From NCBI GenBank assembly GCA_963781065.1, contig CAWAET010000022.1, positions 29,055 through 93,054 on the forward strand: DNA of 64,000 bases, given 5' to 3'. Of the stretch, positions 45,187-55,159 are shown piece by piece. The first letter of the stretch is position 1; each line of letters opens with the position of its first letter. The notes under the pieces were generated by a model, which saw nothing but the letters and a program-made list of their open reading frames with translations, did no database searches and had not been told where the DNA came from. The stretch is from Thermoanaerobaculia bacterium. Lineage in GTDB: Bacteria; Acidobacteriota; Thermoanaerobaculia; Multivoradales; JAHEKO01. Both the position numbers and the translations under genes were made by a program.

Positions 45187-47065
45187 CTCTTGGTCAACCT
45201 CCTCGGGCAAACCCCGCAGCCAGGATTCCAGGCAGAGAAAAGATAACAGTCCATAGGCGGTACCCGTTCCATCCCAGAATCTATCGAAGGCGGCTGCAAC
45301 GGAGCCAGTAATGAACTGTACAGCTTCGGCGTGGGGCTTGTCCAGCATCCGCTCGACCGCCGTCCTCTCCTCGTGCCTCAGACGGCCGAGAAGCACGTCC
45401 TGGATGTGGCTCTTGCTCACTCGCCGCCGAATCCGCTCGGGCATCCGGCCAGCCATCGCCAGGCGCAGGATGCGCCGGTCGCCGCCGTGCCAGCTGCGCA
45501 ACCGGCGGGGCGCGTGGAGCAGGAGATCCACCACTCGGCGGTCGAGGAACGGCAGGCGCCACTCCACCCCGGCGTGCGCCGCGGTGACGTCGATCGCGCT
45601 GTGCCGAGCCAGATCGAACGGCCGCCCGATGGAGCGCGCCGCCCAGCGGCCGGCGGGCCCCAGGCCGGCGGCGAGAGCTCGCCGCGGCAGGGCCGGCAAC
45701 CGGCCGCGCCACGACCCTCGACCGGCGCGCCGCACCCATTCCCGATCGCCGGCGGGCCGCAACCGCCGCAAGGCCTCCTGCAGCCCGGCCGGAACCAGCG
45801 GCCAGAGAAAGGCTCGCGCCAGGAGCTCGGCGGTAGCCGTCCCGGTCGTCGAGCGGAAGCGGGGCAGCTCGGCCGCCAGCTCGCGCCAGCCGACCAGCCG
45901 CAGCGCCCGCGGGTCGTAGTAGAAGGCGTGGCCCAGCACCTGGTTGGCGCCTTCGCCGGCCAGCACAACCCGGCAGCCGTCACCCGCGGCGGCGTCGAAA
46001 AGCGCGGCGGTGTGGCTGCGCAGCAGGTAGACCTCGGGCTCGTCCAGCGGCTGCTCGTCGGCCGCCAGCCGACCGAGGGTAAGCGGCAGCTCCGCCGCCG
46101 GGATCCGTCGCGACGCCACGCCCTCGAGTCGATCGTCGAGCTCGTCGAAATAGTCGCTCTCGTCCGCCGTCGGCGTGCCTTCGAAGGTGAGACAGTAGAG
46201 GCGCAGCCGTTCCGCCGCGACGGCCTCGTGGGCGGTGCTGGCGACGGCGGCCGAGTCGACGCCGCCACCGGCCAGCAGACCCACCGGCTTCGGGCTGCGC
46301 AACCGGCTGCTGACCGCCAGATCGAACACCCGGCGGAAGCCCTCGGCCCACTCCTCGTCGCTGGTCGAAGGAGCCCGAGAAGGTCGACCCCAGCTCCCAC
46401 CACAGCCGCTGCCTGAGGCCGGTCTCGTCGGCGGTCAGGAAGTGCCCCGGCGCGACGCGCCGCACTCCTTCGTAGACAGTGCCCTCGATCCAGTGGCGGT
46501 AGGAATCGTGGAGAAAGGCCTCGACCAGCGGCCGGTTGAGCGGCGGCCGCTCGGCCAGCGCCGCCAGCACCGCGCCGATCGTGCTGCCGAAGGCCAGCGT
46601 CGCTCCGCGCCGCGCCCAGTAGAGCTGGCGCATGCCCATCGCGTCGCGGGCCAGCAGCAGCCGGCGCCGAGCGCCGTCCCACAGGGCGAAGGCGAAGTCG
46701 CCGAGGGCCTGGTCGCACACCCGTGGCCCGAACCGTTGATAGCCGGCCAGCAGGAGCCGGGCGTCGGAGGCGTCCTCGCCGAGCTCCGGCCGGCCTTGCC
46801 GCAGGCCGGCCAGCAGCTCGTCCCGGTTGTCGATCCGCGCGTCCGCGACGAGCCGTAGCCGGCCGCTCGCGTCGGCGATCGGCTGTTCCTCGGCGACCTC
46901 CTCGGGCGTCGTCCAGAACCGGCCGTGCACCATGCCGACGGCGCCGCCGACCCAACTCGCCATGCCGTCCGGCGAGCGGTAGGCGAGCTGGCCCGCCATC
47001 CGATCCAGCCGCGTCGGGTCGATCGGCGCACCGTCCAGGTTGAGCAAGCCGGCGAAACAGCTCAA
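45013..47065 (-). pseudogene. asparagine-synthetase-like (lasso-cyclase-type) gene, frame broken near 46360, no stop codon before the precursor-like tail
   Basis: The N-terminal GATase-like domain (GDFAFALWDGARRRLLLARDAMGMRQLYW) is in the frame of 45980..47170. The synthetase domain (LLAGGGVDSAAV ... LESWLRGL) is in the frame of 45013..46329. The junction reads GAC CAG C GAC GAG. Probable TTG start at 47065 ([12 protein letters not shown]). Confidence 0.65.
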
Positions 47066-47108
47066 GGCCGCGGGCCCCGCGCCGTTGGCGGTGCGAGAGC
47101 GGCCCGCG

Positions 47109-48193
47109 CTAGGCCACGCTGACGTCGTCGCACAGGAAGACGTCCTGGATCGCGTTGAGCAGCTCGACACCCTCGGCCAGCGGGCGCTGGAACGCCTTGC
47201 GGCCCGAGATCAGGCCGCAGCCGCCGGCGCGCTTGTTGATCACCGCGGTGCGCACCGCCTGGGCCAGGTCGCCCTGGCCGCTCGACGAGCCGCCCGAGTT
47301 GATCAGCCCCACCCGGCCCATGTAGCAGTTGGCCACCTGCCAGCGCACCAGATCCACCGGGTGGTCGGTGGTCAGCTTGTCGTAGACCAGCGGGTGCGTC
47401 TTGCCGAAGCCGATCGGCGCCGTAGCCGTTGTTGTTGGTCGCCTGCTTCTGCTTGACGATGTCGGCCTCGATGGTGACGCCCAGGTGGTTGGCCTGGCCC
47501 GTCAGGTCGGCCGCCGCGTGATAGTCGACGCCGTCCTTCTTGAAGGCCGGCTGGCGCAGATAGCACCAGAGGATCGTCGCCATCCCCAGCTCGTGCGCCT
47601 GGGCGAAGCACTCGGCGATCTCGACCAGCATCTCGTCCGAGTTCTCGGCGCCGAAGTAGACCGTCGCGCCGACGGCCGCGGCGCCCAGGTCCCAGGCCTG
47701 CTCGACGCTGGCGAACAGCACCTGCCGATAGCGCGTGGGGTAGGTCAGCGATCTCGTTGTGGTTGATCTTGACGATGAACGGGATGCGGTGGGCGTACTT
47801 GCGCGACATCGTGCCCAGGACGCCCATCGTCGAGGCGACGCCGTTGCAGCCGCCCTCGATGGCCAGCTCGATGATGTTCTCGGGGTCGAACAGCGCCGGG
47901 TTGGGGGCGAAGGATGCGGCGGCCGAGTGCTCGATGCCCTGGTCCACCGGCAGGATCGAGACATAGCCGGTGCCGCCCAGGCGGCCGTGGTTGAGGATCC
48001 GCCCCAGGTTGACCAGCACGCTGGGTTTGCGGTTCGAGATCCCCCAGACCCGGTCCAGGTGGTCGGGCCCGGGCAGGTGCAGCTGGTCACGAGTGATGCC
48101 GGTGCAGGTGTGCTCGAGCAGGCTCGTGGCCTCGTCGCCAAGCAGCTCGGCTATGCGGTCGATAGTGCCCGAAGGGCTTGCCGTTACGGTCAT
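47109..48193 (-). pseudogene. fbaB: class I fructose-bisphosphate aldolase (FbaB/DhnA type) split over three frames by two single-base insertions
   Basis: Three segments each match the FbaB pattern: [17 protein letters not shown]...FIVKINHNE, then [17 protein letters not shown]...[17 protein letters not shown], then [23 protein letters not shown]...AVINKRAGG. The breaks are at about 47749-47752 and about 47415. Confidence 0.85.
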
Positions 48194-48263
48194 TTGAGGC
48201 TTCCTCCGACCCTCTCCCGACGCGGGGGAAGGTCTGTCTGTCGTTGAGATCCGTCTCCAAAGC

Positions 48264-49076
48264 TCATTCTGTCACAGCGCTTTCGAGGTACTCGGCCATC
48301 GCCCGCCAGACTTCAGGGCGGGCCAACAGGTCGTTGTGGCCGGCGCCGCCGACCTCGAGGAATCGCGCCGCGGGCAGCGCCCCGGCCAGCCGCCGGCCGT
48401 GCTGGGCCGGGATGATCCGATCCTCGGCGCCGTGCACGACCAGCGTCGGCAGGCTCAGCTCCCCCGCCCGGCCGATCGAGTCGTACCGCTCGCGCAGCAG
48501 CAGCGAGACCATCCAGCCCGGGAAGTGCTCCCCGGCGAGGCTCGACAGGTCGGCCCAGGGGCTCAAGAGCATCAACCCGTCGACCTCCGGAGCGCGGTTG
48601 GCGGCCAGCTGGACGCCCACCGCGGCGCCCAGCGACCAGCCGCAGACCACCCGTGGCCGGCCGGGGAAGCGCCGGCCGAGCTCCTTGAAGCCGCTCTCGG
48701 CGGCCTCGACCAGCGCCGCCTCGGAGGGGCTGCCGCCGCTGCGGCCGTAACCGGGGTAGTCGACCGCCAGCCACGAGATGCCCAGCCGGTCGAGATCCTC
48801 GTAGAGGCCTCCGAGCCGCATCGTCTCCAGGTTCTCGCCGTTGCCGTGGAAGAAGATCACCGCCGGGGCGCCCGGAGACGCGCCGGCGCCCCCCGCCCAG
48901 CCGACGATCGGCGTGCCGTCGGCGAGCTTCCAGCCGAGCTCTTCGATGGGTGGTGGCGGCGGCGAGGGCACCCGATAGGGCGGCGCCGGGTAGAGCATGT
49001 GTCTCATGTCGCAGGCGGAGAGAAGCAGAGCCGCCAAGGCGGCGACGAGTGGACCGCGGGCGCGCCTCTCGCTCAT
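48264..49076 (-). CDS. alpha/beta hydrolase, lipoprotein-type signal
   Basis: Lipobox LLLSAC, nucleophile elbow GWSLGA, and the C-terminal GAGHND. Confidence 0.8.
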   Translation of the reverse strand: MSERRARGPLVAALAALLLSACDMRHMLYPAPPYRVPSPPPPPIEELGWKLADGTPIVGWAGGAGASPGAPAVIFFHGNGENLETMRLGGLYEDLDRLGISWLAVDYPGYGRSGGSPSEAALVEAAESGFKELGRRFPGRPRVVCGWSLGAAVGVQLAANRAPEVDGLMLLSPWADLSSLAGEHFPGWMVSLLLRERYDSIGRAGELSLPTLVVHGAEDRIIPAQHGRRLAGALPAARFLEVGGAGHNDLLARPEVWRAMAEYLESAVTE

Positions 49077-49251
49077 TTCGTCTCGCCGCCCATGCTATCG
49101 CCGCGATCGATCCGGCGCCGCGCCGGCCGCCGAGAGATCGAGCGGCTGGCCGAGGAGAGCGCCGGCCATCCCTGTCTGCAGCTCGGAGAGGGGCGACCTT
49201 TCAGTCGCCGGCGCCCAGCGGGACACGTCCAACCCCGCCGCCGGGGAGCAG

Positions 49252-49280
49252 TTGACAGCCCTTGATATCACGATTAAGAT
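49252..49280 (+). promoter_or_regulatory. near-consensus sigma-70 promoter TTGACA-N17-TAAGAT
   Basis: Direct reading: -35 at 49252-49257, 17-nt spacer, -10 at 49275-49280. The context is AT-rich, which is unusual for this genome. Confidence 0.5.
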
Positions 49281-49287
49281 TAAGCTC

Positions 49288-49327
49288 AATTACCCTAGCA
49301 AGTAGTTAATTACCCTAGCAAGTAGTT
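49288..49327 (+). repeat. perfect 20-nt tandem duplication AATTACCCTAGCAAGTAGTT x2 at the predicted transcript start
   Basis: Direct reading. Preceded by GATTAAGATTAAG. Confidence 0.9.
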
Positions 49328-49402
49328 CAAGTGCTCTGCTGACAGGCGAAACGTCAACGCTTCACACAGACAACTCCACACTGTTTGGAAGGAGGACCAC
49401 TC

Positions 49403-49918
49403 ATGTTCAAGCATCCGAGAATCGTGCTCACCGTCGCCGCACTGGTGGCCATCGCCCTGACCGCGGGTCCGCTCACCGCACAGCAGCCGGCCAACGTCAT
49501 CTCCAAGGGAGGGATCGTGACTGGCGTCAACAAGCCCGGCGACGGGACGTTCGATACCTTCACCGTGCAGAACGGCAACCAGGTCACTTACGCGAAGTAC
49601 GCGCCTGTGACGGACGACGTCGCCGTGAAGATCGCCGGCGGCCTGACTTATAACATGTTCATGATCACCCAGCCGGACAACAACGACGCTCAGGCCTTCA
49701 TCGTCTGGTCGCCGGACGATCCGACGTGGCAGGACAAGCTGTCGAAGACCGACACCGAGGTCAGCGGCATCGGCGATCCCGGACCGAACACGCTCAAGCG
49801 CGGCGACTCGGTCCAGATCAGCGTCCAGTCAGCCGAGGGCGGTGGAACGGACGTCACGCTCGACGTCTGGCGGGACAACAAGGCGGTGGCGACCTTTTCC
49901 TTCGTGGTCCGTGACTGA
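49403..49918 (+). CDS. secreted hypothetical protein (171 aa), orphan-like
   Basis: GGAGGA lies 6 nt upstream of ATG 49403. Signal peptide (MFKHPRIVLTVAALVAIALTAGPLTA). Reduced G+C. Beta-rich composition. Confidence 0.7.
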   Translation: MFKHPRIVLTVAALVAIALTAGPLTAQQPANVISKGGIVTGVNKPGDGTFDTFTVQNGNQVTYAKYAPVTDDVAVKIAGGLTYNMFMITQPDNNDAQAFIVWSPDDPTWQDKLSKTDTEVSGIGDPGPNTLKRGDSVQISVQSAEGGGTDVTLDVWRDNKAVATFSFVVRD

Positions 49919-49990
49919 GGTCCGAGGCGAGGCTGGCGCGCGCCGGCAGGTTGCCGCGGATGTCGTAGAGCGCCGCGATCCGCATCGTCC

Positions 49991-51205
49991 TCACCCGCCG
50001 GAGGTGAAGGTCTCCGGATCGGCCCGGCGCTCGGGTCCCCGACTCCGGCCGGCCGCCGCCGGCAGACTACCCCGCCGCGCCGGCAGCCGCGCCAGCCAGC
50101 GGGAGAGCGCCCGCAGGGAGTGCAGGTTGTGGATCGGCAGGAAATCGTCGACGTGCTCGAGCGCCGCCGCCATGCCCTCGACCAGCGGCTCGTAGCCCGC
50201 CCGCCCGAGGTGAGGGTTGAGCCAGATCAGCCGGTAGCAGTGGCGCCGGAGGCGGGCCATTTCCTCGCGCAGCAGCGCAACGTCGCCGCGCTCCCAGCCG
50301 TCGCTGACGATCAGCACCACCGCGCCGCGCCGCAGCACCCGGCGCCCCCAGCGGCGGTTGAACTCGGCCAGCGAGTCGCCGATGCGGGTGCCGCCCGACC
50401 AGTCGACCACCTGCCTCGCCGCCTGGTCGAGCGCCCGGTCGACCTGGCGCAGCCGCAGCTGGCCGGTGATCCGGGTCAGCCGGGTGCCGAAGACGAAGGC
50501 CTCCACCCGGTCGAGGCTGTGGGCGGCGCTGTAGAAGAACTGCAGCACGAGCCGGGCGTAGCTCTCCATCGAGCCGCTGATGTCGGCCAGCAGCACCATC
50601 GGCCGCTGCTTCACCTTGCGCCGCAGCCAGCGCAGCCGCGCCGGCGCGCCGTCGAGCCGGGCGGCGTCGCGCAGCGCCCGGCGCAGGTGGATCCGGCGGC
50701 CGCGGCGGTCCGGGACGTGCCGTCGGGTGCGACGCTCGCAGACCTGCCAGCGGGTCTCGCGGATCAGGCGCTGGATTTCATGCGCCTCCTCGGGGGTCAG
50801 CTGGGCGAAATCCCGGCGACGCAAGGTCTCCTCGGGGCTGAAGGTCTCGGCGCGGTCGGACACCTCCACCCCGGGGTCGGCGTGGCGCGGCCGGCCGGCC
50901 ATGAAGCTGAAGCTGAACCGCTGCCCGCGGGCCGGGTCCAGGCGCGGCGCGAAGGCCGGCGGCCGGTCCGCCGCAGGCTCCTCGATGCCCAGCCAGAAGT
51001 GGTCGAAGACGGTGCGGAACAGCTCCAGGTCCTCGCGCCGGCTGACCAGCAGCGCCCGCGCGGCGTGGAAGACCTGGTCGCGCGCGCCGAGATCGACCCA
51101 GCCGAGCGCCTGGACGAAGGCCGCGCTCTGCTCTTGCGAGACCTTGAGCCCGGCGCGGCGCAGGGCGCGGACGAAGAGGACGAGGTTGTCGAGGAGGCGG
51201 GTCAC
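49991..51205 (-). CDS. VWA-domain protein (CoxE-like)
   Basis: LLADISGSMESY is a MIDAS motif (DxSxS). IVSDGWERGD follows later. It lies downstream of a MoxR ATPase gene. Confidence 0.8.
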   Translation of the reverse strand: MTRLLDNLVLFVRALRRAGLKVSQEQSAAFVQALGWVDLGARDQVFHAARALLVSRREDLELFRTVFDHFWLGIEEPAADRPPAFAPRLDPARGQRFSFSFMAGRPRHADPGVEVSDRAETFSPEETLRRRDFAQLTPEEAHEIQRLIRETRWQVCERRTRRHVPDRRGRRIHLRRALRDAARLDGAPARLRWLRRKVKQRPMVLLADISGSMESYARLVLQFFYSAAHSLDRVEAFVFGTRLTRITGQLRLRQVDRALDQAARQVVDWSGGTRIGDSLAEFNRRWGRRVLRRGAVVLIVSDGWERGDVALLREEMARLRRHCYRLIWLNPHLGRAGYEPLVEGMAAALEHVDDFLPIHNLHSLRALSRWLARLPARRGSLPAAAGRSRGPERRADPETFTSGG

Positions 51206-51259
51206 GGGCTCGGCCAGGGGGGTCCGCTCAGCGGCGAGCCGCGTCGCGAGTGCGCCGCC

Positions 51260-52129
51260 TCAGGCCTCCATTTCGTGGAGCAGCACTTCCGACCGCCCAC
51301 GCAACCGCGCGACGTCGTCCTCGTACTTGAGCAGGAATCCGAGAGTCGACTGGACCGTCTCGAGCACCAGGCTCCTCGCCTCGAGATGAGTCAGCGCCTC
51401 TGCCCAATCGAGCGTCTCGGAGATCCCCGGCGGCTTGTAGACCTCCTCCCGGCGCACCCGCTGGACGAAATCCACCACCCGCTCGGCCAGCCGCTCGTCC
51501 AGCCCCGGCACCTTGCGGCGGACGATCTCGACCTCCTTGTCGAACGACGGGTAGTCGATCCAGTGGTAGACACAGCGGCGCTTGAGCGCGTCGTGGATCT
51601 CGCGCGTCCGGTTCGAGGTGATCACCGTGAGCGGCTTGTGCTCGGCCCGCAGGGTACCGATCTCGGGGATCGTCACCTGGAAGTCGGACAGCAGCTCGAG
51701 CAGGAAGCTCTCGAACTCCTCGTCGGCCCGGTCGAGCTCGTCGATCAGCAGCACCGGCGCCCGCTCGTGGCTCTGGTCGATCGCCTGGAGCAGCGGCCGC
51801 TTGAGCAGGAAGGCCTCCGAGAAGATGTCGCGCTCCTCCACTCCGCCCTCCCGCCGCGCCTGGATCTCGAGCAGCTGACGCGGGTAGTTCCACTCGTAGA
51901 CCGCCTGGCTCAGGTCCAGCCCCTCGTAGCACTGCAGCCGGATCAACGGCGTCTCGAACACCCGGCTCAGCACCTTGGCGACCTCGGTCTTGCCGACCCC
52001 GGGCTCGCCCTCGAGAAACAGGGCGCGCTCCATCTTGAGCGCCAGGAACAGGCTGGTGGCCAGGCCGGTGTCGGCGATATAGGTCTGGCCGGCGAGCCGC
52101 TCGACGGTGTCGTCGATGGAGTCGAACAC
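51260..52129 (-). CDS. MoxR-family AAA+ ATPase (CoxD-like)
   Basis: Motifs LEGEPGVGKTEVAKVL, LLIDELDRADEE and ITSNRTREI. Confidence 0.85.
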   Translation of the reverse strand: MFDSIDDTVERLAGQTYIADTGLATSLFLALKMERALFLEGEPGVGKTEVAKVLSRVFETPLIRLQCYEGLDLSQAVYEWNYPRQLLEIQARREGGVEERDIFSEAFLLKRPLLQAIDQSHERAPVLLIDELDRADEEFESFLLELLSDFQVTIPEIGTLRAEHKPLTVITSNRTREIHDALKRRCVYHWIDYPSFDKEVEIVRRKVPGLDERLAERVVDFVQRVRREEVYKPPGISETLDWAEALTHLEARSLVLETVQSTLGFLLKYEDDVARLRGRSEVLLHEMEA

Positions 52130-52239
52130 GGGCGGAGGCTAGCAGAAGGGTTGCGCAACCGGTCCCCACCGCGAGGGGGCCGGTCCCGTCAGACCCGGAC
52201 CGCGGGCTCAACTCCGCACCGGCCGCGGCCGCGCCCCGG

Positions 52240-52965
52240 TCACGGACCGGCCGGCGCCGCCGACCGCGCCAGCGCCACCAGCCGCTCGCGCGCCTCGGTC
52301 GGCGTGGCGACCGGCTCGGGGAAGCTCAGGCGGACGTGCTGCCCGGCGGCCAGCAGGTCGCAGCCCTCGGCGTCGATGCCGGCCATGGTGACCTCGGCGT
52401 CGTCGGCCAGCTCGAGGCCGGCGAGCTTGCGGCAGTAGCCGCGCATGGTGTCGGCGTGGTCGTCGTTCATGTGGACGACGATCGCCGTCTCCTGGCCGCG
52501 GTCGAACGGGCTCTCGAGCAGCAGATCCTCGGGCTCGATCCAGCGGATGTCGCCGAAGCCGCCGATCCAGCGCAGCCGCACCGGGTCGAGGCGGGCGAAG
52601 AAGAAGTCGTGCGCCTGGTGGTAGCCGCTCGAGCCCGGGAAGCGGCGGGTGTAGCGCTCGGCCGCCTCCGCCGCCCCCTCGCCCACGCGCTTCGCCCGCG
52701 CCAGCACCGAGAGCCGGCCGGAGGCCTGGACGTCGGCGCCGCCGGCAAGGATGGTGAGGCAGACGCGTGGGTCGGCGTCGATGTTCTTGGTGTGCTGGGC
52801 GATCTCGCTGATCAGCAGCAGCGGCCGGCCGTGCCGGTCGAGGCAGTAGGGCACGACCGAGCCGAAGGGGTAGCCGCCGACCTCGACCGAGTGGGTCGAC
52901 AGGACGCCGGCCGTCCCCGCGCAGAGAAGCGCTCGGGCGTCACGATGGCGTTCGGGGTTCTCCAT
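52240..52965 (-). CDS. HugZ-like / pyridoxamine-5'-phosphate-oxidase-related FMN-binding protein with a DUF2470-like C-terminal domain
   Basis: GVLSTHSVEVGGYPFGSVVPY in the N-terminal part and HMNDDHADTM in the C-terminal part. Confidence 0.7.
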   Translation of the reverse strand: MENPERHRDARALLCAGTAGVLSTHSVEVGGYPFGSVVPYCLDRHGRPLLLISEIAQHTKNIDADPRVCLTILAGGADVQASGRLSVLARAKRVGEGAAEAAERYTRRFPGSSGYHQAHDFFFARLDPVRLRWIGGFGDIRWIEPEDLLLESPFDRGQETAIVVHMNDDHADTMRGYCRKLAGLELADDAEVTMAGIDAEGCDLLAAGQHVRLSFPEPVATPTEARERLVALARSAAPAGP

Positions 52966-53011
52966 CCGAGAACCGATCTTATCCGGTCGAGGCCGGCCGA
53001 CACGTCGGCGC

Positions 53012-53611
53012 TCAGTCCGACTCGCCGGGCAGGCCGCCCATCCCCAGCCGATCCAGCAGGTTCTGGATCAGCCGCGCGGTCAACCCCCAGACCTGGCGGC
53101 CGCCGGCCACGTGATAGACCCGCAGAGTCCGGGTGCGGCCGTTGATCGTCACCTCGCGCTCTTCGGCCATCCGAACGTTGGCCAAGGCCAGCAGCGGCAC
53201 CGAGAAGATCTCGGCGATCTCGACCCCGTCGGGCTCGGCATCGAGGGGGTTGGGGACGGCGCCGACACAGGGAACGATGCGGTAGCCGCTGGGCGTCGCC
53301 GCCTCGTCCAGCTCGCCCAGACGGAGCACCTTCTTGGGTTCGAGCCCGATCTCCTCCTCGGTCTCGCGCAGGGCGGTCGCCCACGACTCCTCGCCGGTCT
53401 CGCGGCCGCCGCCGGGGAAGGCGATCTGACCGCGGTGGTGCGGCAGATCGTCGGTGCGCCGGGTGAGCACGGTCCACAGCTGGCCGGCGTCGACATAGAG
53501 CGGCACCAGCACCGCCGCCTGCCGGCCCTCGCCGGGCGCCAGCCGTCTCGGCGGCGGCGACGCCAGGCGCTGACGCACCTGCAGGATCCAGCTTGACGGG
53601 GTTTCACTCAT
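53012..53611 (-). CDS. Nudix hydrolase, CoA pyrophosphatase type
   Basis: LTRRTDDLPHHRGQIAFPGG precedes the Nudix box GGRETGEESWATALRETEEEIGL. Confidence 0.8.
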   Translation of the reverse strand: MSETPSSWILQVRQRLASPPPRRLAPGEGRQAAVLVPLYVDAGQLWTVLTRRTDDLPHHRGQIAFPGGGRETGEESWATALRETEEEIGLEPKKVLRLGELDEAATPSGYRIVPCVGAVPNPLDAEPDGVEIAEIFSVPLLALANVRMAEEREVTINGRTRTLRVYHVAGGRQVWGLTARLIQNLLDRLGMGGLPGESD

Positions 53612-53641
53612 CTCGAAAGGTGCCTTCGCGCCGGGATCGGC

Positions 53642-55159
53642 CTACGGTTGCGGCCTCGCCCACAGGCGAAAGCGCAGCTTGCCGGTACCCCCGCTGTCGC
53701 CGAACCGCACCTCGATCAGGTGCACGCTCAGAGCGCCGTCGCCAAACCACAGCCGCTGGGTGCTACGCGGCTGGCTCAGCAGCACCTCGAAGCCTACCCT
53801 GCCGTCGGGGCGAAACACCGTCCGGCCGCCGGTGGCGCCGGCGACCTCGAACGTCGAGGGCGCCCCGGGGCCGAGCTCCAGCCCGACTCGCTCGAGCCCG
53901 AGAGGCGTGGCGAGCCAGATCACCGCCGGACCGTCGCCGTCGAGCTCGAAACGGCCCGACTCGCCGCCCAGCCGGCAGCCGGAGACCGCCCGCGCCCGCA
54001 CGTCCTGGCCGGGGAGGTCGGCCTCGCCCCGCTGCGGCAGGGTCCGCAGGGTCGCCTCGTAGGGCAGGTGGCGCCGCGGCCAGGCGGCGGCCAGCCCCGT
54101 CCCGTTGCCGGCCAGCGCCGCACCAGGCGACACCCACAACGGCCAGGTCGCCAGGCCGCAGAGCAGGACGGCCGCCGCCCACTGCCAGGGCCGCGGCGGC
54201 CGGGAAGGCAGGTGCCACAAGGCGCCGTAGATCGCCAGGAAGGAGAGGTCGAGCCAGCCGGCGGCGAAATCGAACGGCAGCAGCAGGGCGCCGAGGACGG
54301 GCAGGGCCAGACCGACCGCGGCCAACGCCGGCCGGCCGGGGCCACGGCCGAGCGCGAGCAGCAAGAGCAGCGGCGCGAAACCGAGCCCGAGCCCGACGTT
54401 GCGGCCCACGACCAGCGCCAGCAGGTTGCGGCCGACCAGCGCCGGATCGAGGCTGAAGGTGTCGGCGGCCAGGGCCAGCGGACCGGTCAAGGCGCCGGCG
54501 CCGTGTACCGCCGCTTCGATGGCGAGGCCGGTGAGAAAGCCCAGCCCCAGTGCGGGCAGGAGCGCCCGCCGCCGGTGCCGCGGCACGGCCAGTGCCGCGG
54601 GCAGCAGCAGACCGGCCAGCAGCGGGCTGCCGGGCACCAGCTCCGCCAGCAGCAGACCGACCGCCAGCCAGCGGGCCAACCCACCGCCCTCGCGCGGTTG
54701 CTGGTAGACCTCGGCTGGCCCCTCCCCCGCCGGCTCGCCGCCGTAGGCCAGCGCGAAGGCCGCCACCGCCAGCGCCAGGGGCGCCAGGGCCGCGCCATCG
54801 GTCCAGACCAGAGCCCACGCCGCCGAGCCGAAGACCAGCAGCGCCACCAGCAGCGGCGCCGACCGGCCGATCCGCCGCTCGAGCGGCCGGCAGGCGCAGC
54901 CGGCGGCTAGCGCCAGCATCAAGGCGCCGAAGATCGCCGGCGCGCGCGTGCCCGCCACCGCCGACAGCGGCAGCGCCAGCGCGGCGGTGAGCAGCGCCGG
55001 GGCGCCCGCGGCGGGCCCCGGCCCGACGGCCGCCAACTCCAGCGGGCCCGGCACCGCCGCCGCCACGAGGACCGCCGCGAGCGCCGCCGCCAGGACCGCG
55101 CGCTGGGGCCAGGGCGGCGGCGGCGCGGGCACCGTCAGGCCTCGATCTCGTTCACCCAC
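53642..55159 (-). CDS. polytopic membrane protein, function unknown
   Basis: Long A/L/G-rich hydrophobic segments with a soluble C-terminal region of about 130 aa. It overlaps the end of the GT4 gene. Coding status is less certain because of extreme composition. Confidence 0.5.
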   Translation of the reverse strand: MGERDRGLTVPAPPPPWPQRAVLAAALAAVLVAAAVPGPLELAAVGPGPAAGAPALLTAALALPLSAVAGTRAPAIFGALMLALAAGCACRPLERRIGRSAPLLVALLVFGSAAWALVWTDGAALAPLALAVAAFALAYGGEPAGEGPAEVYQQPREGGGLARWLAVGLLLAELVPGSPLLAGLLLPAALAVPRHRRRALLPALGLGFLTGLAIEAAVHGAGALTGPLALAADTFSLDPALVGRNLLALVVGRNVGLGLGFAPLLLLLALGRGPGRPALAAVGLALPVLGALLLPFDFAAGWLDLSFLAIYGALWHLPSRPPRPWQWAAAVLLCGLATWPLWVSPGAALAGNGTGLAAAWPRRHLPYEATLRTLPQRGEADLPGQDVRARAVSGCRLGGESGRFELDGDGPAVIWLATPLGLERVGLELGPGAPSTFEVAGATGGRTVFRPDGRVGFEVLLSQPRSTQRLWFGDGALSVHLIEVRFGDSGGTGKLRFRLWARPQP

